Positions 60,468-64,000 of a DNA stretch of 64,000 nucleotides are shown one piece after another. Origin of the DNA: Ignavibacteriota bacterium (GTDB taxonomy: Bacteria > Bacteroidota > Ignavibacteria > Palsa-1295). Below the pieces are notes generated by a model, which saw only the letters and a list, made by a program, of their open reading frames with translations, made no database searches and was not told where the DNA came from. Every line of letters begins with the position of its first letter. Positions within the stretch are counted from its first letter, which is position 1. Position numbers and translations under genes: made by a program. Location of the stretch: positions 1,792,001-1,856,000 of the forward strand of contig CAWBEI010000002.1 of assembly GCA_963787835.1 (NCBI GenBank), given 5' to 3'.

Positions 60468-60899
60468 TCACTCGTATTTCCACGTGGTCCAGGTCGCGCG
60501 ATGCCGTTCGAGCTCGTCGAGCGGGACGGCGCGCCCGAAGCGGATGCTCTCGTTGCCGCGGTTGAACCACAGCCCGCGTTTACTCGGACGTAACAAGATC
60601 TTCTTGAGCCGGATGGTCGCGCTTCCCGCGTCCCACCGCCGTCCGGACAGCCCGGCGATCAACTTGGCGACCTGCGCGTCGAGCGGGCCGTTCGCGAGCT
60701 TGGCAATCACGCGCTCCGGCGGGATCTTGGTCGCGCCGACGGTGACGAACCCGGCGACGCCCCACGCAACCTCGCCCGCGAGGTTCTTGCTGCGCTCGGT
60801 CGGGATGAACGCGACGTACTGCGGCGTCGCGACCGCCACGCCGCGGCCGGCGTTCAGGCCCTGGACCCACCATCCCGACTCGATCAGCGCGCCCTGCAT
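60468..60899 (-). CDS. Hypothetical protein
   Basis: 143-aa ORF with GC3-biased codons and normal composition, co-oriented with its neighbours. Confidence 0.6.
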   Translation of the reverse strand: MQGALIESGWWVQGLNAGRGVAVATPQYVAFIPTERSKNLAGEVAWGVAGFVTVGATKIPPERVIAKLANGPLDAQVAKLIAGLSGRRWDAGSATIRLKKILLRPSKRGLWFNRGNESIRFGRAVPLDELERHRATWTTWKYE

Positions 60900-60959
60900 G
60901 CAGGCCGTGTAGCAAGATTGCGGACGCCGTGCACGCGCCGCGCGCGAATACGATCCGAC

Positions 60960-61268
60960 CTAGTGCGTCGCGCTGCCGGTGCCGCTGCCGCCGCCGCCGC
61001 CGCTTCCGCCGCCGTGGCGCCCGCTACCGCGCGCCGGCCGGCACACCAGCGCGGCGCCGCTGCCGGTGTTATCGCGCGGCACCTCGCACGTGCCCTTGAG
61101 CGTGCGGTCGCCTCGCCCCGTGAACGTGCACGCGTCGCCTTGCTTGGACTTGGCGCACGCATCGAACGCGGCTTGCGGAGGTGTCCACTTCGGCTTGTCT
61201 GCGAGCGCCAGACCAGCCCCGGAGCCGAGCAACGAGATCGCGACGAGCGAGCGAACCGAGAACGTCAT
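60960..61268 (-). CDS. Small secreted 4-Cys protein with Gly-rich tail
   Basis: Signal peptide ending ALA-D; PPQAAFDAC..GDACTF..GTC..LVCRP. Confidence 0.72.
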   Translation of the reverse strand: MTFSVRSLVAISLLGSGAGLALADKPKWTPPQAAFDACAKSKQGDACTFTGRGDRTLKGTCEVPRDNTGSGAALVCRPARGSGRHGGGSGGGGGSGTGSATH

Positions 61269-61342
61269 GCGCACAGCCTGACGGACGCGCAGCCAGAACA
61301 TGTTGCGCAGATGTTGCCGCGTATTTCAGCGCGGCGTCTCGC

Positions 61343-62845
61343 TCAGCGGTTCGTCGGGAATCCGAGATCGACGCCGCGGTGCCTGGGCTCGGGCCAGCGC
61401 GACGTCACCGCCTTGGTGCGCGTGTAGAACTGCACGCCGTCGCGGCCGTAGATGTGGAGGTCGCCGAACAGCGACGCCTTCCAGCCGCCGAACGAGAAGT
61501 ACGCCATCGGCACCGGAATCGGCACGTTGATGCCGACCATGCCGACCTCGACCTCGTGCTGGAACTTGCGCGCCGCGCCGCCGTCGTTCGTGAAGATCGC
61601 GACGCCGTTCGCGTACGGGTTCTTGTTGATCAGCGCGATCGCGTCGTCGTAGCTCGCGACGCGCGTGACGCCGAGCACCGGGCCGAAGATCTCGTCCTTG
61701 TAGATCGACATCGCCGGCGTGACGTGATCGAACAGGCTCGGGCCGAGGAAGAATCCGCCCGCGCCGCGGCCGCCGACCTTGAGCGTGCGGCCATCGCTGA
61801 CGAGCGTCGCGCCCTCGGCGACGCCGGCATCGACGTAGCCCGCGATGCGATCGCGTGCTTGCTTCGTGATGATCGGGCCCATCTCGCTGGTCGCGTCGCT
61901 GCCGTCGCCGACGCGCAGCTTCGCGATGCGCTCGCGCATGAGCGGGATCAGGCGATCCGCGGCGCTGCCGACCGCGACGACCACCGAGATCGCCATGCAG
62001 CGCTCGCCGGCCGAGCCAAAGCCCGCCGACACCGCCGCGTCCGCCGCGAGCTCCATGTCCGCGTCGGGCAGCACGATCATGTGGTTCTTGGCGCCGCCGA
62101 GCGCCTGCACGCGCTTGCCGTGCTTGGTGCCGGTCTCGTAGATGTACTGCGCGATCGGCGTCGAGCCGACGAACGACACCGCGGCCACCTTCGGGTGCTC
62201 GAGCAAGCGGTCGACCGCGACCTTGTCGCCGTGCACGACGTTGAGCACGCCCGCGGGCAAGCCGGCGTCCGCGAGCAGCTGCGCGCAGAACATCGAGCAC
62301 GATGGATCGCGCTCGCTCGGCTTGAGCACGAACGTGTTGCCGCACGCGATCGCGAGCGGGTACATCCACATCGGGACCATCGCGGGGAAGTTGAACGGCG
62401 TGATGCCGGCGACGACGCCGAGCGGCTGGCGGAGCGAATAGGTATCGACCTCGGTCGACACGTTCTCGCTGTGCTCGCCCTTCTGCAGATCGGCGATGCC
62501 GCACGCGAACTCGATGACCTCGAGGCCGCGCTGCACCTCGCCCATCGCGTCGGCGGTGACCTTGCCGTGCTCGCTCGTGAGCAGCGCGGCGATCTCGTTC
62601 GCGTGCTTGTGGACGAGCTCGCGGAATCCGAACATGACCTTGGTGCGCTTCGCGATCGACGCGCTGCGCCAGGTCAGCGACGCGCGCACGGCCGACTCGA
62701 CCGCCTCGTCGACCACCGCCGGGGTCGCCATCGCGACCTTCGCCTGGACCTCGCCGGTCGCGGGGTTGAACACGTCGCCGCTGCGCTCCGCGGTGCGCTC
62801 GTATGCCTTGCCGTCGATCCAGTGCGAGATCGTCTTCGTCGCCAT
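61343..62845 (-). CDS. mmsA: CoA-acylating (methyl)malonate-semialdehyde dehydrogenase
   Basis: Motifs ITPFNFPAMVP, LKPSERDP, SFVGST, GGAKNH, GERCMA, EIFGPV. Confidence 0.95.
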   Translation of the reverse strand: MATKTISHWIDGKAYERTAERSGDVFNPATGEVQAKVAMATPAVVDEAVESAVRASLTWRSASIAKRTKVMFGFRELVHKHANEIAALLTSEHGKVTADAMGEVQRGLEVIEFACGIADLQKGEHSENVSTEVDTYSLRQPLGVVAGITPFNFPAMVPMWMYPLAIACGNTFVLKPSERDPSCSMFCAQLLADAGLPAGVLNVVHGDKVAVDRLLEHPKVAAVSFVGSTPIAQYIYETGTKHGKRVQALGGAKNHMIVLPDADMELAADAAVSAGFGSAGERCMAISVVVAVGSAADRLIPLMRERIAKLRVGDGSDATSEMGPIITKQARDRIAGYVDAGVAEGATLVSDGRTLKVGGRGAGGFFLGPSLFDHVTPAMSIYKDEIFGPVLGVTRVASYDDAIALINKNPYANGVAIFTNDGGAARKFQHEVEVGMVGINVPIPVPMAYFSFGGWKASLFGDLHIYGRDGVQFYTRTKAVTSRWPEPRHRGVDLGFPTNR

Positions 62846-62946
62846 GCGCGTTGCCGTACCACGCGGCCGGCGCGAGCGAAAACGTTTTCCGAGGCGTTGG
62901 TGAATCGTGGTTGATGGCCCGGCGGAGCCGGTGGTAAGCCACCTCC

Positions 62947-64000
62947 GTGTCCGACCTCACCATCACCGTCAACGGCATGAAGTTCGAGAACCCGTTCGTG
63001 CTGGGCTCCGGCCCGCCCGGCACCAACGGCAAGGTCATCGCGCGCAGCTACGACCTCGGTTGGGGCGGCATGGTGTGCAAGACGTTCTCGCTCGACGCGA
63101 GCAAGGTCATCAACACCGCGCCACGCTACGCGAAGCTGCGCGGCCGCACGAGCGAAGAGGTCATCGGCTTCCAGAACATCGAGCTGATCAGCGATCGGCC
63201 GTACGCGGACTGGCTCGACGATCTCCGCCAGCTCAAGAAGAACTATCCGACGAAGATCCTGATCGCGTCGATCATGGAGGAGTACACGAAGGCCAGCTGG
63301 CAGAAGATCGTGCGCGAGGTCCAGGAGACCGGCGTCGACGGCTTCGAGCTCAACCTCAGCTGCCCGCACGGCCTGCCCGAGCGCAAGATGGGATGGCGAT
63401 GGGCGAGAACCCCGACATCGTCGAAGAGGTCTGCGGCTGGGTCAAGGCGGTCAGCAAGCTGCCGGTGTGGGCGAAGATGACGCCGAACGTCGGCAACCCG
63501 ACGGTGCCGGCCGCGGCCGCGCTGCGCGGCGGCGCCGATGGCATCGCGATGATCAACACGATCCTCAGCGTCAGCGGCATCGACCTGAAGACGCTGCGAC
63601 CGATGCCGACCGTCGAGGGCCACAGCGTGCCCGGCGGCTACAGCGGGCAGGCCGTGCGGCCGATCGCGCTGCGCCAGGTCATGGAGGTCGCGCGCGCGAA
63701 CCCCGGCGTCGCGATCAGCGGCATCGGCGGCATCGAGACCGGCTACGACGCCGCGCAGTTCTTCTTGCTCGGCGCGTCGACGGTGCAGGTGTGCACCGGC
63801 GCGATGCTCCGCGGCTACGAGATCATCAGCGAGCTCAAGGAAGAGCTGTCGAAGTTCATGACCGACCACAAGTTCGGCAACGTGCGCGACTTCATCGGCA
63901 AGTCGCTGCCGTACTTCACCACGCACCACGATCTCGTCGATCGCCAGAAGGCGTCGCGCGACGCGAAGGAAGCCGCGCGCGGCGACAAGAAGACCGCGAC
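62947..64000 (+). CDS. preA: Dihydropyrimidine dehydrogenase FMN subunit (PreA / plant PYD1-like); apparent frameshift ~63393; runs off the window edge
   Basis: NPFVLGSGPP, NIELISDR, ELNLSCPHG, then AKMTPN, GGYSGQAVRPIAL, SGIGGI, VQVCT in the next frame. Confidence 0.92.

Noticed and set aside
60985-61015. (GCC)n microsatellite
   Set aside because: It simply encodes the Gly/Ser tail of the small secreted protein.
54727-63929. Long overlapping Arg/Ala-rich ORFs (e.g. 54727-56139, 54729-56150, 61181-62914, 61326-63038)
   Set aside because: Shadow frames expected in very GC-rich DNA, overlapping well-supported genes.
54631-64000. Genomic island or prophage
   Set aside because: No mobility or phage genes and no att repeats; housekeeping-type content and a mid-gene break favour a chimera.

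Overview
The window is two compositionally different pieces joined at about nt 54630. Nt 1-54630 is medium-GC housekeeping DNA with Bacteroidota/Chlorobi-group hallmarks: T9SS-type C-terminal sorting domains, TAnnTTTG promoter boxes and alpha2-type GlyRS; a Kapabacteria/Ignavibacteria-like origin is my inference. It carries two tRNAs, glyQS, PBP1A, smpB, tyrS, dusB, tgt, bamD, gnd/zwf/pgl, hldD, dnaE, trxA, msrB, apt, a ParE-type toxin-antitoxin pair and many REP/MITE-like palindromes. Nt 54631-64000 is very GC-rich, myxobacterial-looking DNA with pyrimidine-catabolism genes (NCS1 permease, mmsA, plant-PYD1-like preA) and three tandem Ser/Thr pseudokinases. The junction truncates a cfa-like gene, and single-base frameshifts appear only after about 41.8 kb, so a chimeric or low-coverage long-read assembly is the most likely explanation. 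The best candidates for undescribed systems are: (1) the pseudokinase triad, each gene having its own sigma54-like GG-N10-GC box exactly 15 nt before the ATG; (2) a GxxExxY nuclease gene bracketed by 41-bp repeats that also enclose a secreted cargo gene; (3) a diverged duplicate of the msrB 3' end flanking a lipoprotein gene; (4) a palindromic repeat inserted in frame inside a TrmH methyltransferase. All family calls come from reading motifs by eye; no searches were run.
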